Below are positions 44,121-54,675 of a stretch of 64,000 nucleotides of DNA, piece by piece. The DNA lies in IMG/VR virus record IMGVR_UViG_3300028591_000148, positions 1 to 64,000 of that record; one strand, written 5' to 3'. The position numbers were made by a program, and so were the translations under genes. Under the pieces are notes generated by a model. It searched no databases, was not told where the DNA came from, and saw nothing but the letters and a program-made list of their open reading frames with translations. Positions within the stretch are counted from its first letter, which is position 1. Each line of letters opens with the position of its first letter. The DNA comes from a virus. Taxonomy: Duplodnaviria > Caudoviricetes.

Positions 44121-44750
44121 TTTTTATTCTCCGTTTCAGGAATAGGTCTTGGAACATAACAAAAATAAGGTATAAACCTACCATTTTCATTTTTATCGCA
44201 CTTTGGAAAATCTTTCCCATTATGATTATAAAAAGTACACTTTTTACAACAATAAGGGATTTCCATAGGATCCGAATAACCGTGAGTAATAGGTTTAAGT
44301 CCTGCCATGATAGTAAACCTCACTTTTCGTAGATTTTTATATACTGTTCATGAGTTGTGAACCCAAGAACCGGTAACCTATAGTATTCTAACAGCTGTAT
44401 AGCTTTCTTTTCCCAACTGTCCTCGTGACTAAAATATGGAAACTGTATATTAGCAAGAACAACTGTTTTACCTACATCAAACTTACTTATTTTATCAGTT
44501 AATGGGTATTCCTTATATATAGCATCTAGTTCTGATTCAACTGTATGAAATGGATTTGAGAACATTAGTTTAACTTCTTTTTGAAATTCTATCTGAAGTC
44601 TAAATGCTATTTCATCTAATATTTCAAATTTTGTTCCTAGATCTAAACAAGGTGGACACAATAGACAAACTTGATTTAACCAACCGTTATCTAGCAAACT
44701 GTTAAAATAACTTAAATAATCCATTTTGTATACTCCTGTTTTATGTTTAT

Positions 44751-44779
44751 AGTATAACACATTTTATTAGAAATGTCAA
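44751..44779 (-). promoter_or_regulatory. sigma-A-type promoter (implies the downstream ORF starts at 44724)
   Basis: TTGACA(44779-44774)-17-TATACT(44756-44751). Confidence 0.8.
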
Positions 44780-45171
44780 TAGTTTTTCTTAAAATTATAA
44801 GATTCTATCAAACAGAACAAACCTATAAATTATAGTGTATACGTTATATAGAATTTATTCGTTTACTTCATTTGTTTCTTTGTCTATGTAATTATTTGCG
44901 TTCTTAATACATTCGTTCATATCTTTACATAGCGGTGTAGTATATGTACCTCCACCACAAGTTGTTAATTCAAAAAACCATTTATTTTCTTTTGTTATTG
45001 TACATTGAAAACCATTATATTTATGACTTAATTGTGACCAGATAATCTCATTCAACCAGCTAGAGAACGAAACAAGTCGGCTTCCATCTAGTTTTTCTAT
45101 ATAATTCATAGCATTATCAAATGCTGATTTTACTATGTTTTCTTTTACACGACTTTGCATAAATAACTCCT

Positions 45172-47331
45172 TTACTCTATGTTAATCGTTTTTCTATTGT
45201 TACATACTTCTTCTAATACTATTGGATCTACTAACTGTTTTAGTTTTTTACGAATAAATCGTACACCGTCTTTTTTACTATAGCATTTTTCAAACAGCTC
45301 CTTTTTCTTACTGTCTGAAAATGTTATAGTTACTTCACTATCCAAATAGCGATTAATATACATTCGAATTTCTTTTTCGAATATTCTATAAGCATCTTCT
45401 TCTCCGATAATATTAAAATAGATTACATCATCTAATCTGTTTAAAAATTCAGGCGAAAAGAAATTCTTTATTTCCTTTTGTATAGCATCTGAATTAGAAT
45501 TGTTTTCGAAACCAATACTGTTTTTATTTAGCATTTCTTTACATCCAATATTGGATGTCATAATAATTAAGGTATTTCTGAAATCAACGGTTTCGCCTGT
45601 TGAATCTGTTAGTCTACCGTCATCCATAACCTGAAGTAGAATATTTATAACATCCTTATGAGCTTTTTCTATTTCATCTAATAGAATGACAGAGAAAGGA
45701 TTATTTTTGACTTTATCTGTAATACATCCTCCTTGTGAATATCCTACATATCCAGGAGGAGATCCTATTAGTTTTGAAACAGAGTGAGGTTCCATAAATT
45801 CTGACATATCGTATCTTAAAAAACTTTCAGGAGTAAAGAATTGATAAGCTATTTGTCTACATAATTCTGTTTTACCTGTTCCTGTAGGTCCTACAAATAA
45901 TAGATTAGCAATGGGTTTTGTTGTATCCTGAATTCCCATAATATATTTTTTAATAGGAATAAGGGCTGAACTAATTGCCTTATCTTGTCCTATTATATTT
46001 TCTTTTATATGTTTTTCTATATTTGGAAATTCTTTTACACTACTTTTATTTAAGTCTACTCCAATATAGCTGTTTATACCCTTGTCAATTTCTTCCTTTG
46101 TGAGTTCGGTACTGTGTTCTTTTCTACAAATAACACAAGAAGTATCTAGTACATCAAATGCTTTATCGGGGAAATACTTATTTCTTATAAAGGTATCACA
46201 ACTTTCTACTAAATAAGTACATAGTTCGGGTTGTATTTTTATATTATGGAACTTCTCATAATCAGTTCTCTTATACTCTAACATACTGATAGTATCTTTT
46301 ACAGATAGTTCATTCACATGAACTCTTGTAAATCTTCTTTCAAATGCCTTATCAGATTCTATTTGTTTATACTCTGCTTCTGTTGTGCACCCTATTATCT
46401 TGGAACCTTTAGATAAGTATGTTTTAAAACTTTCTGCAATAGACGAGCTACCAGAATTACCTGCCTTGTTGAACATATTATGTATCTCGTCTATGAACAC
46501 GATAACCTTATCGTATTCTTGTAAGGAAGCAATAACTGTTTCTATTCTAGCTTCGAGATCTCCTCTATAAGTAGTTCCACTTATCATAGAATTTATATTC
46601 AGTTCATATACATAATAGCCCTTTAACATATCTGGACAGTCTGTAGATTGTATTAGATTACAAAAACCATATACAACACTTGTTTTTCCTACACCTGGAT
46701 TACCTACAAGAATAACATTGTTTTTTCTCATCCTACATAAAACATCTACACATTGTTGTATCTCTTTTTCTCGTCCAAAGCAGTCATAATGCTCTCTTAC
46801 AACAAGAGGGTCAGTTAGATACTCGCCGAACTCTAATAAATCTCCAGACATATTAGTATTTACACATTGATCAAGTATATTACAAAGCTCTGTCTGAACT
46901 TTTTCTTTCTCTTTTTGTTTTACATAGATTAGTTCGTCAAATAATTTTGAACTTTTTAATCTGGAGTCATATATCATTATATAAGATATATAGGCAGTTA
47001 TTATATTTTGATCTAGTTTATTTCCGTATTGAGATTTGAAGAATATGTAATTCTTTATGAGAACTTCACACTCTTCAGATAATTCAAGTTCACTAAATTC
47101 GTGTAACTTCTTTTCTTTTTCTTTAGGTACTTTTAACTTATTCTCTACTATTCTATCAGCACATTCTTTAAGGTTCTCTATAACACATTTTTTAAGTAGA
47201 CCTTGTTGAATGAATAGACACGCTAATAGTTCAGTATCGATATTTCCATATTTATGTGGAACTAGCATTTTTAATGTGAGTTGGGAGTGTTTAGGTAGTA
47301 ACTCAAAAAATTCCAAATACTGTGTTTCCAT
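45172..47331 (-). CDS. Clp/Hsp100 double-AAA+ ATPase (ClpA-like, no obvious middle coiled-coil domain)
   Basis: GNPGVGKT + FIDEIH, FPDKAFD, GPTGTGKT, LIGSPPGYVG, LLDEIEKAH; start set at 47331 because a promoter occupies 47369-47397. Confidence 0.9.
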   Translation of the reverse strand: METQYLEFFELLPKHSQLTLKMLVPHKYGNIDTELLACLFIQQGLLKKCVIENLKECADRIVENKLKVPKEKEKKLHEFSELELSEECEVLIKNYIFFKSQYGNKLDQNIITAYISYIMIYDSRLKSSKLFDELIYVKQKEKEKVQTELCNILDQCVNTNMSGDLLEFGEYLTDPLVVREHYDCFGREKEIQQCVDVLCRMRKNNVILVGNPGVGKTSVVYGFCNLIQSTDCPDMLKGYYVYELNINSMISGTTYRGDLEARIETVIASLQEYDKVIVFIDEIHNMFNKAGNSGSSSIAESFKTYLSKGSKIIGCTTEAEYKQIESDKAFERRFTRVHVNELSVKDTISMLEYKRTDYEKFHNIKIQPELCTYLVESCDTFIRNKYFPDKAFDVLDTSCVICRKEHSTELTKEEIDKGINSYIGVDLNKSSVKEFPNIEKHIKENIIGQDKAISSALIPIKKYIMGIQDTTKPIANLLFVGPTGTGKTELCRQIAYQFFTPESFLRYDMSEFMEPHSVSKLIGSPPGYVGYSQGGCITDKVKNNPFSVILLDEIEKAHKDVINILLQVMDDGRLTDSTGETVDFRNTLIIMTSNIGCKEMLNKNSIGFENNSNSDAIQKEIKNFFSPEFLNRLDDVIYFNIIGEEDAYRIFEKEIRMYINRYLDSEVTITFSDSKKKELFEKCYSKKDGVRFIRKKLKQLVDPIVLEEVCNNRKTINIE

Positions 47332-47368
47332 TGTTATCACTTCCTTGCATTCTAACTCCTCCAATTTT

Positions 47369-47439
47369 AGTGTAACATAAAAACACATAAAAGTCAAGTA
47401 GGTAAAAATAAAAGCTACTCACATATTAGAGTAGCTTTT
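47369..47439 (-). promoter_or_regulatory. terminator + promoter cassette
   Basis: TTGACT(47397-47392)-17-TACACT; hairpin AAAAGCTACTC/GAGTAGCTTTT. Confidence 0.75.
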
Positions 47440-47452
47440 ATTCTATATATAA

Positions 47453-48409
47453 TTAAGCTGCGTAGAAGTGATTTACCCAACCGTCTCCCCAGAAGGAGTT
47501 TAACGAAGTGCTATAAGAACTTCTATGATTAAAATAATACAATACAGCATCTTTGCAACTCTGTGTAGTTCTTCTCCAGTAATAAGAGTCTGGTACCCAA
47601 CAAAACTGATTTCTCTGAAGGATTACAGATCTAATAGAATTGGGAAAACGTGAGTCTCTAACTCTGTTCATAACAGTCATAACGACTTTACCTTTTTCGT
47701 GTAACGAAACCCAATCAGCACCATACTCATGTGCTACTAGATTGGCTAACATATAAAATTCTGCTTGAGTACAAGGTAGGTTAGACATTGTGTACACACC
47801 TGAACTAGAAGATGTTGTCTGTGTAACAGGAGGTTTATACTCTTTGACTAGTTTTACATCCGGTTTGCATTTAGAACAGATACGTCCTTCAATTTCATTA
47901 ATGTCATAATCAAACACACAGGTATCGTCAAACCATTTACAGGAAGTCATATGAAAATATTGTGTAGACGGTTTATATACTGTTTTTGCTTCGGTTGTCG
48001 TTGTGGTAGTTGTTACAACTTCTGTTTTATAGGTAGTTGTAAGGACTGCTTTTTTAGCAGGAGTAGGAGTTACAGAAACCGTTGTTGTAGTGGTTATTTC
48101 TTCTTTCACGGTGCTTGTCGTGGTTGTTTCTGTGGTGGTAGTAGTAGTCGTAGTAGTTGTCTCTGTTTCTTCTGTCTGTGTAGTAGTTGTTTCTGTTATG
48201 TCTTCAACAGTAGTATCTTCTTCCTTTGTGATATATTCTAGTTTATCACCAGAAAATGCTGTATCTTCTGTATCGGGTTCTTCGACAGAACTTTCAGACA
48301 CAACACTTGATTCATCTTTATTAGATGTGGGAAGTAAAATAACACCTAATGCTAGAATAGAAACAAATAATACACAAATAACACTTGCAATAATTTTAGT
48401 CTTTTTCAT
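47453..48409 (-). CDS. exported or membrane-anchored cell wall hydrolase (SleB/Hydrolase_2-like) with Thr-rich linker
   Basis: N-terminal hydrophobic segment, poly-Thr linker, LANLVAHE..V.NRV.D.RFPNSI..VI.Q.NQF. Confidence 0.85.
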   Translation of the reverse strand: MKKTKIIASVICVLFVSILALGVILLPTSNKDESSVVSESSVEEPDTEDTAFSGDKLEYITKEEDTTVEDITETTTTQTEETETTTTTTTTTTETTTTSTVKEEITTTTTVSVTPTPAKKAVLTTTYKTEVVTTTTTTTEAKTVYKPSTQYFHMTSCKWFDDTCVFDYDINEIEGRICSKCKPDVKLVKEYKPPVTQTTSSSSGVYTMSNLPCTQAEFYMLANLVAHEYGADWVSLHEKGKVVMTVMNRVRDSRFPNSIRSVILQRNQFCWVPDSYYWRRTTQSCKDAVLYYFNHRSSYSTSLNSFWGDGWVNHFYAA

Positions 48410-48718
48410 TTTAATAACTCACCTTTCAATTTAATTATTCATTAGCTTGTAAAGTGAGTTGACACCTAAAAATAAATTTGATTGAAAGTTCTCCTTACCT
48501 TCCAACATCAAATCTTTACAATCCCGTAGAGATTGCTTTCCTCCTTTAAGGATCTTCCTTAAACTAGGTTGTCAACTCTTTGGGAACATGATCAAAATTC
48601 TAGTTGTTATTCTAGGATAAATTCAATTTTCTCTGACAAAATAGAAATTTAGATTTTGATATGTTCCGGATTCAGAACAATCAAAAGCATCACGTCCTTC
48701 CAAAATTATACTTTTTAT

Positions 48719-48747
48719 AGTATAACACATTGTAAAACAAAAGTCAA
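48719..48747 (-). promoter_or_regulatory. promoter giving the hydrolase gene a ~300-nt leader
   Basis: TTGACT(48747-48742)-17-TATACT(48724-48719). Confidence 0.8.
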
Positions 48748-48796
48748 GTGGAAAAATGTAAAAATTTCTCCACTTGATTTCTAAAAATGTGTGTAC

Positions 48797-49513
48797 TTAA
48801 TATAAATTATCCGCCCATTGACTGATTTTTCCTCTATAATTTTTAGTTAATTTACATACAGCAAAATTTGGGTCGTTAGTATCATTACAATATTTTATAT
48901 ATCGTTCAAATCCACAAGAAGTATCTTGTGTATCTTTTTGAAGTTGATGCCCTACTACAATTATTTTGCAGTTATCGTTAGCTCTTGTTAATGTCTTTTT
49001 AAGATCATCAAAACTATAATTCTGACTCTCATCTAGTATGACAACAGAATCCTCAAAGTTAGTTCCTCTTAAATAGGTGTGAGTTAAACATTTTACATAA
49101 CCACTACATTCCATCTTATCTGTTTTCGCGGTTAGTGATTCGTTATATATAACCTTATCGGGAAACAAGTTACATTTTATAATTGCTTGATATATTGGTT
49201 CAAAATATACCTCAGATTTCTCTGTGATGTCTCCTGGAAGAAATCCTTGTTTACTTTCACCATATGGACTTACAACATAAATGATGTTTTTATACAATCC
49301 ATATTCATATAGGAGGTTTGCTGTTGCAAATGAAATAAGTGTTTTACCTGTTCCAGCTTTGGCATCACAGAATATTAAACACTTGTTCTTATCCCAAATA
49401 CAATCTCTAAAATAGGTCTGGTTCTCATCTAATTGAAAACCATAGAAAGGATGTTCGGAAAGTGTTTCTGGAACATCATTAAGGTTTACAGGTTGTTTTC
49501 TAGGTCTGCCCAT
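48797..49513 (-). CDS. phoH: PhoH-family ATPase
   Basis: AKAGTGKT, GFLPGD, YLRGTNF, ILDESQN, LTR. Confidence 0.9.
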   Translation of the reverse strand: MGRPRKQPVNLNDVPETLSEHPFYGFQLDENQTYFRDCIWDKNKCLIFCDAKAGTGKTLISFATANLLYEYGLYKNIIYVVSPYGESKQGFLPGDITEKSEVYFEPIYQAIIKCNLFPDKVIYNESLTAKTDKMECSGYVKCLTHTYLRGTNFEDSVVILDESQNYSFDDLKKTLTRANDNCKIIVVGHQLQKDTQDTSCGFERYIKYCNDTNDPNFAVCKLTKNYRGKISQWADNLY

Positions 49514-50445
49514 GTAAACAACTCCTCTTCAAAATAATTTCTTTTTATTAGTAATGTATCGAGTTATTACTTTTTGTTCATTACTGGATTTAGGTTTCTT
49601 TGTTAATGGGTTTCCACTAACGGTTGTTGTTTCTACAATTCTTACATTATGTCCATTCAAATTATCGAACCTACTACTTTGTGTAATAATAGGTTGATTT
49701 AATTTCATAACATGAAAATCAAAATCAACATAGCTATCGGAACTGTTTATACATTCACCCAACTTAAATCCATCCACATAATGCAAATAAAAAGTATTTT
49801 CTCTATGTATTAAAACATACCTTAAATGACTATCTACAACATATAAACAGGTTAGATCATATCCTTTTGGAATTCTGGAAACAACATCAGCTAATAGGAA
49901 GTCCATTGTTCACGGTTCCTGTAGAAATAAGATCTATAATAGGATATGTTTTAAATGGTTCACACCAACCCCATTCATCCTCAATGAAATTAGGAATATC
50001 CGAAACACGATAATCGTTTCTATCATTCTTAATCTGAACAGAGGTAAATATAGCATAAGGTAGCTGTTTAAGGTCTCTATAATATTTGTAAACATACCTG
50101 TATCCAGAAGCATATAGACCCATTAGTATGTCTACGACATTATTAGAAAGAATGGTAGGTGGTGAAATTCTTACGTTAAACCCATAACTGTTTATAATGT
50201 TGATCATTTCGTCATCTGTAAATTTAGCATCTACTGGAATTAATGTGGATTCTCCAATGTTTACAAATCCACTAAAATATTTTATATTAGTATTGTAATC
50301 AGCGATTGTAATCTGTGTACCTGTTAGATCTTCACCTGTATATTCTGTTACTAATATACGAAGATTATTATAATCCGATCTTGCTCCGGTTAATTGGTTC
50401 CAGGTACTTATCTCTAGTATGTTAGCCAATATAGTTCACTTCCTT

Positions 50446-51600
50446 TTAACTTACTGCCGAAATTATTTTATCTACAACAGAGTCAGTCTCGTAACCAGCC
50501 GTATTTTCTTTTGTTCCTGGATTATGTAATACGTCATACCACAATGTGTTAGATGTAGAAGCATCTCCAACTTTTTCAAGTATTTTGTCTCTTGTCCATG
50601 CAATAGGAGAATCGGATTCTACAATAACACCTTTTTGTTTTGTACCAGCATTATGTAAAATATCATACCAAACAGTACCGCTAGTGCTACTATTCGAACC
50701 TAGTCTTGTAGCAATATTGTTTACAGTTGTAGCAACAGAACTGATAGAGGATCCACCGGAACCAACATTACTATTTATAGTGTTACTATATCCGAACAAT
50801 GTAGAAGTTCCTGTGTCTCCGGAGGCACCTATTAATATATCTATTTTCTTCAGTTTACCATTTAAGGTTGCGGCAGATGCGGAATCTGTACTTTGACCTA
50901 TTCTACCTTCTACATCACTAAATGAATTAGATATAGTAGTTGTTTGGTCTTTAACAGAGTGAGCTACACTATCATCGCTCGTAGTACTGTCACGAAGTGC
51001 TTTAGAAATCGTGTAAGTATCGTTATCAGCCTTAATGTTAGTAGCAACTTTTTCTATGGATGTTTTTAATGCAATAAGTGTACCGTCTGTACTATCATTA
51101 AAATTCTCATCCATAACGGTTATAGAATCAACAACATCGTCATTATAATCTTTCAATGTATTTGTCTTATCTATACTTGTCGCGATAGTATTATCAAAAT
51201 AAGACGGAGGATTTCCGGTTGTTTTAGTGATATCATAATGTAACTGCCAGCACAAGGTATCGATTGATTTAGTTACAGTATCACTAGAAGCGTTCTCCGC
51301 TAATGCGGTTTCTAGTTTATCTAACCATAATTTAGCTTCATTACTAATTGTACTCGCTGTCCATGATTGAACCTTAACACCGTTTGTACCTATTTTATTG
51401 CTGTCGCTAAACTTCTTTTCCATTATAGGTGTAGGTATTCCGGAAACATAAATCATATAACCTTTATATTCAATACCCGTTTTTATCTTTGCATAGAAAT
51501 GGGAATTACCTACTAACAAAGAGCATTCACTAACTCTTACCACAAGTGGATCAGAAGCTTTCGCTACATAAGGATAATCGGATTTAGGAGTATACGGCAT
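50446..51600 (-). CDS. Ser/Thr-rich repeat protein, possibly fibrous or structural
   Basis: TVWYDILHNAGTK / TLWYDVLHNPGTK repeats. Confidence 0.6.
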   Translation of the reverse strand: MPYTPKSDYPYVAKASDPLVVRVSECSLLVGNSHFYAKIKTGIEYKGYMIYVSGIPTPIMEKKFSDSNKIGTNGVKVQSWTASTISNEAKLWLDKLETALAENASSDTVTKSIDTLCWQLHYDITKTTGNPPSYFDNTIATSIDKTNTLKDYNDDVVDSITVMDENFNDSTDGTLIALKTSIEKVATNIKADNDTYTISKALRDSTTSDDSVAHSVKDQTTTISNSFSDVEGRIGQSTDSASAATLNGKLKKIDILIGASGDTGTSTLFGYSNTINSNVGSGGSSISSVATTVNNIATRLGSNSSTSGTVWYDILHNAGTKQKGVIVESDSPIAWTRDKILEKVGDASTSNTLWYDVLHNPGTKENTAGYETDSVVDKIISAVS

Positions 51601-52664
51601 ATAAAAACTCCTTTCACTTTATGATGAAAGAATTTCTTTCTTTTCTAAAAGTAACAACTTCTATTGTTTTTAGAAACTCTTTATAAAATGTGAGTATACC
51701 TGTGTTTGTTATATTCACGTCAGATTTATTAAACAGACCGTATCTATCGTCCTTAAATAAATCGGGCTGATGAATTGGTTTTAAGTACCACGAATAGATA
51801 GTTTGATTGGAAATGTTTGTGTGCCAACCATAGTTTAATTCATACTCGTCTATTTCATTTACTTTTAATTTCACAATATCTCCAGGAAGTAAAAACCCAA
51901 TACCTAAAACATACAGACATTCTGTTGTATAAGTATATTCATCCTTTAAATATGTGTATATTGTTCCATCTACCTCACGGGTGAGCACGTCAAACTCACC
52001 ATTATCGTCAAATGCAACAGATATAGAACCTTGTAGTAAATTACCTTCCAAATCATAAAAAGAAAAGTAAGGTATACTATCACTTTTTCTATTATCGTGT
52101 AAATTGTTGAATGTGTCAAACATTCAATCACTCTCCCTGTTTATCACTAACTTCAGCTTCTATGACTTTCGATGTATCAAATTTAGATAATTGTGCTAAC
52201 AGACTTGCTGCAAGATTTCTAACCTCATCCCTGGAATCAGGATCAATAACAGTGGCGGAACCTCCATCAGGTGTAATGATATTAGTGGTATTAATGACAA
52301 TTTTCTGTAACCTATCATCTTTAAGAACCTGTGTTACCGTTAGATTAGCGTCTGTCAAACATTTGGATACAGTTTCCATCGCCAAAGATATCATAGATAG
52401 ATTTGCTGGACCGTCATCTATTTGTTCTGTAACAGTATCAATAAATTTATTCTCCAGTTTCTCCATGAAGGTTGTTAGCTTGATAATGCGTTTAAGACTG
52501 TTTCTTGCCTGAACTACCAAGAACAATTTAGTTCTATCTATAAGCTGTTCTCCATTTATGTCTATAACTGTATCCATATCGTCGTTAGCAAGTTGTTTCA
52601 TCATAGACATGGAAGTAACTTCCGGATCACCTAATTCAAGTTTCACATCTTCTTGTTCCATCTA

Positions 52665-53096
52665 TTACCCCTCACTTTCTAATCTAGAATACAACTCTTT
52701 TAATCTATCACTATATAATGTAGCAAAAACTTTCGGAAGATCGGTTTCTCTATTTAAAAATGCTTTATATATATCTGTTTTAAATCCACTACATGGTTCG
52801 AATTCGAAATCTAAATGTAGGGAAGGTGCCTCTGTAAGTCTATGTTTTTCGTGAAATGTTCTAGGTTTTATTGTAACATTTCCTATAAGAGGTATTTCTG
52901 TTGTTACCTCCATTTCGTCTAGTGGGGTATCTAATGGATAATTACATATACTCTCTGTTACTTTATAACAGATTAGTGTTTCTACTAATCTTAAAAAATC
53001 GAAATTATATTTATATGGACTTCCTTGAAGTTGTTGAATTTCAACAGCAATTTGTTTTGAATCTTTCGTAGAGGTACTACCTTTTGTTCTGGACAT
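52665..53096 (-). CDS. hypothetical protein, weakly HU/IHF-like
   Basis: EIPLIGNVTIKPR...FEFEPCSGFK loosely follows the HU pattern. Confidence 0.35.
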   Translation of the reverse strand: MSRTKGSTSTKDSKQIAVEIQQLQGSPYKYNFDFLRLVETLICYKVTESICNYPLDTPLDEMEVTTEIPLIGNVTIKPRTFHEKHRLTEAPSLHLDFEFEPCSGFKTDIYKAFLNRETDLPKVFATLYSDRLKELYSRLESEG

Positions 53097-53370
53097 TATT
53101 TGTACAACCTCCTCAATGTTTGAAGTAGTGTTTTACGATTATAGGAAAGCAATCTTAATATTTTGGAAACACATACCTTGATTTGAGTTACAGAGTTATA
53201 ATCTATATTCATTTCTAATTCGTCTAGTAGTTTATCAAAGGTATCCGTTTCCTGTGTATATACTTTTTCTAATTTTACTCTTGCACATCTATTAAATAGT
53301 TGACACGGTGTTTCTTCATTGTTAAATAGATTATTTATATCCGTATAACATTCTTGTATGATACTCATAA

Positions 53371-53760
53371 TCAATACTTCCTGTTCCCAAAGTTATATTT
53401 TTCCATTGTTTCCTTTAACTTGTCTAACTTATTATGCATTAACTTACCTTTGGATGTAGGTATATCACACATTGTTAGACAGTCTTTCCAAGGTCTCTTT
53501 TCGATCTCATAATATTGGAAAAGTAATAATACTTGCATAGCGTCTGAGAATTCTTTCTTTGTAGGAACCTTAACTGTTTTACCTGCAAAATATTTAATAA
53601 AGTTCATAAAAGAATCTATATCTAATAAATAACATAATTCGGATAAAGTTGTATACTCAGGTACCTTGTGTAGATCATATAAGAAACTACACAAAATAGA
53701 ATAAACATCGGGTTTGCTTAAATTACTTATCACTTCTGATAAGTTCGGAGTATTCTTCAT
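53371..53760 (-). CDS. Mor-like transcription regulator candidate
   Basis: FIKYFAGKTVKVP resembles the Mor YFGG..IYIP motif. Confidence 0.5.
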   Translation of the reverse strand: MKNTPNLSEVISNLSKPDVYSILCSFLYDLHKVPEYTTLSELCYLLDIDSFMNFIKYFAGKTVKVPTKKEFSDAMQVLLLFQYYEIEKRPWKDCLTMCDIPTSKGKLMHNKLDKLKETMEKYNFGNRKY

Positions 53761-54491
53761 CGTTTACTCTCCTTCTCCTTTGTGAACGATTCGTCAACTA
53801 TTAACTGCATTTCTAAATCGGCATCTACGTTATCCATTATAGATTCTGTAAAACCTGCATTTCTAAATTCTTTTTTAAACTGTTCCATAACTATTTCTAC
53901 ATAAGGTTCTATATTCGGTTCTATTCTAAAATAAAATGGCTTATCCTTATCTATCTCCCTTAACAGGTTTAGACAGACATTTGTGTATAAGGATAGCCAC
54001 TCTTTTGTACCTTTTTTAAATTTTGTTTTAGACATGGTTTGTTCTATTAGTGAGGGTATGTTATCTAACAATATGTTTCTTTGCATTTTATCAAATTCTT
54101 CTGTACAAGACATTGACGAACTTGCACACATTCTTTTTACTTTTTCTCTTAAATGTGGGTCTGTTTCTGTGTTTATTATTTCATGTTCTATTTTCTTTTG
54201 GTTTGGAACATATGATAATTTTATCATTTTTCCTATATAATATATCCAGGCATATATTTTTCTTCCGTTTAGTACATTTATCCATGTATCTGCCGCTACA
54301 TCATGACAGACATCTTCGACACCATTATAACCATAATAAAACTTATTTTGATTTATAAAAATGTATGCTAATTTTTTAAGTAGTACATACATTTCTTCAT
54401 TTCTTGGATCATTTTCTGCGAGATAGGTTAATCTTTGTTCTATCTCCAATATTTTCTTATTTCGTGTTGGTTTGTCTTTCTTGTCTGTCAT
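53757..54491 (-). CDS. sigma-factor region 2-like protein candidate
   Basis: VEDVCHDVAADTW...IYAWIYYIGK resembles ECF sigma region 2. Confidence 0.4.
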   Translation of the reverse strand: MTDKKDKPTRNKKILEIEQRLTYLAENDPRNEEMYVLLKKLAYIFINQNKFYYGYNGVEDVCHDVAADTWINVLNGRKIYAWIYYIGKMIKLSYVPNQKKIEHEIINTETDPHLREKVKRMCASSSMSCTEEFDKMQRNILLDNIPSLIEQTMSKTKFKKGTKEWLSLYTNVCLNLLREIDKDKPFYFRIEPNIEPYVEIVMEQFKKEFRNAGFTESIMDNVDADLEMQLIVDESFTKEKESKR

Positions 54492-54663
54492 TTATATTAC
54501 CCTCTTTATCAAATAGCTGTATGCTCTGTAATCGTTCCTTCTTCCACATCTGATAACATACAGGACCGAAACCGATAGACTTGCTATGTTCTCCTCGAAG
54601 CAATTTACCACACCTCCGACACAATACTTGTTCCTCTTTTTCCACGTTCTCTTTGATATTCAT
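54457..54663 (-). CDS. DUF6011-like zinc finger
   Basis: CRRCGKLL...S...GFGPVC. Confidence 0.75.
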   Translation of the reverse strand: MNIKENVEKEEQVLCRRCGKLLRGEHSKSIGFGPVCYQMWKKERLQSIQLFDKEGNINDRQERQTNTK

Positions 54664-54675
54664 GTTTCACACTCC

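Noticed and set aside
47990-48220. GTA/GTT trinucleotide-like runs as a DNA repeat element
   Set aside because: They simply encode the Thr-rich linker of the cell-wall hydrolase.
48420-48712. c-di-AMP (ydaO) riboswitch
   Set aside because: Only a CTGAATCC fragment resembles it; the other conserved blocks were not found.
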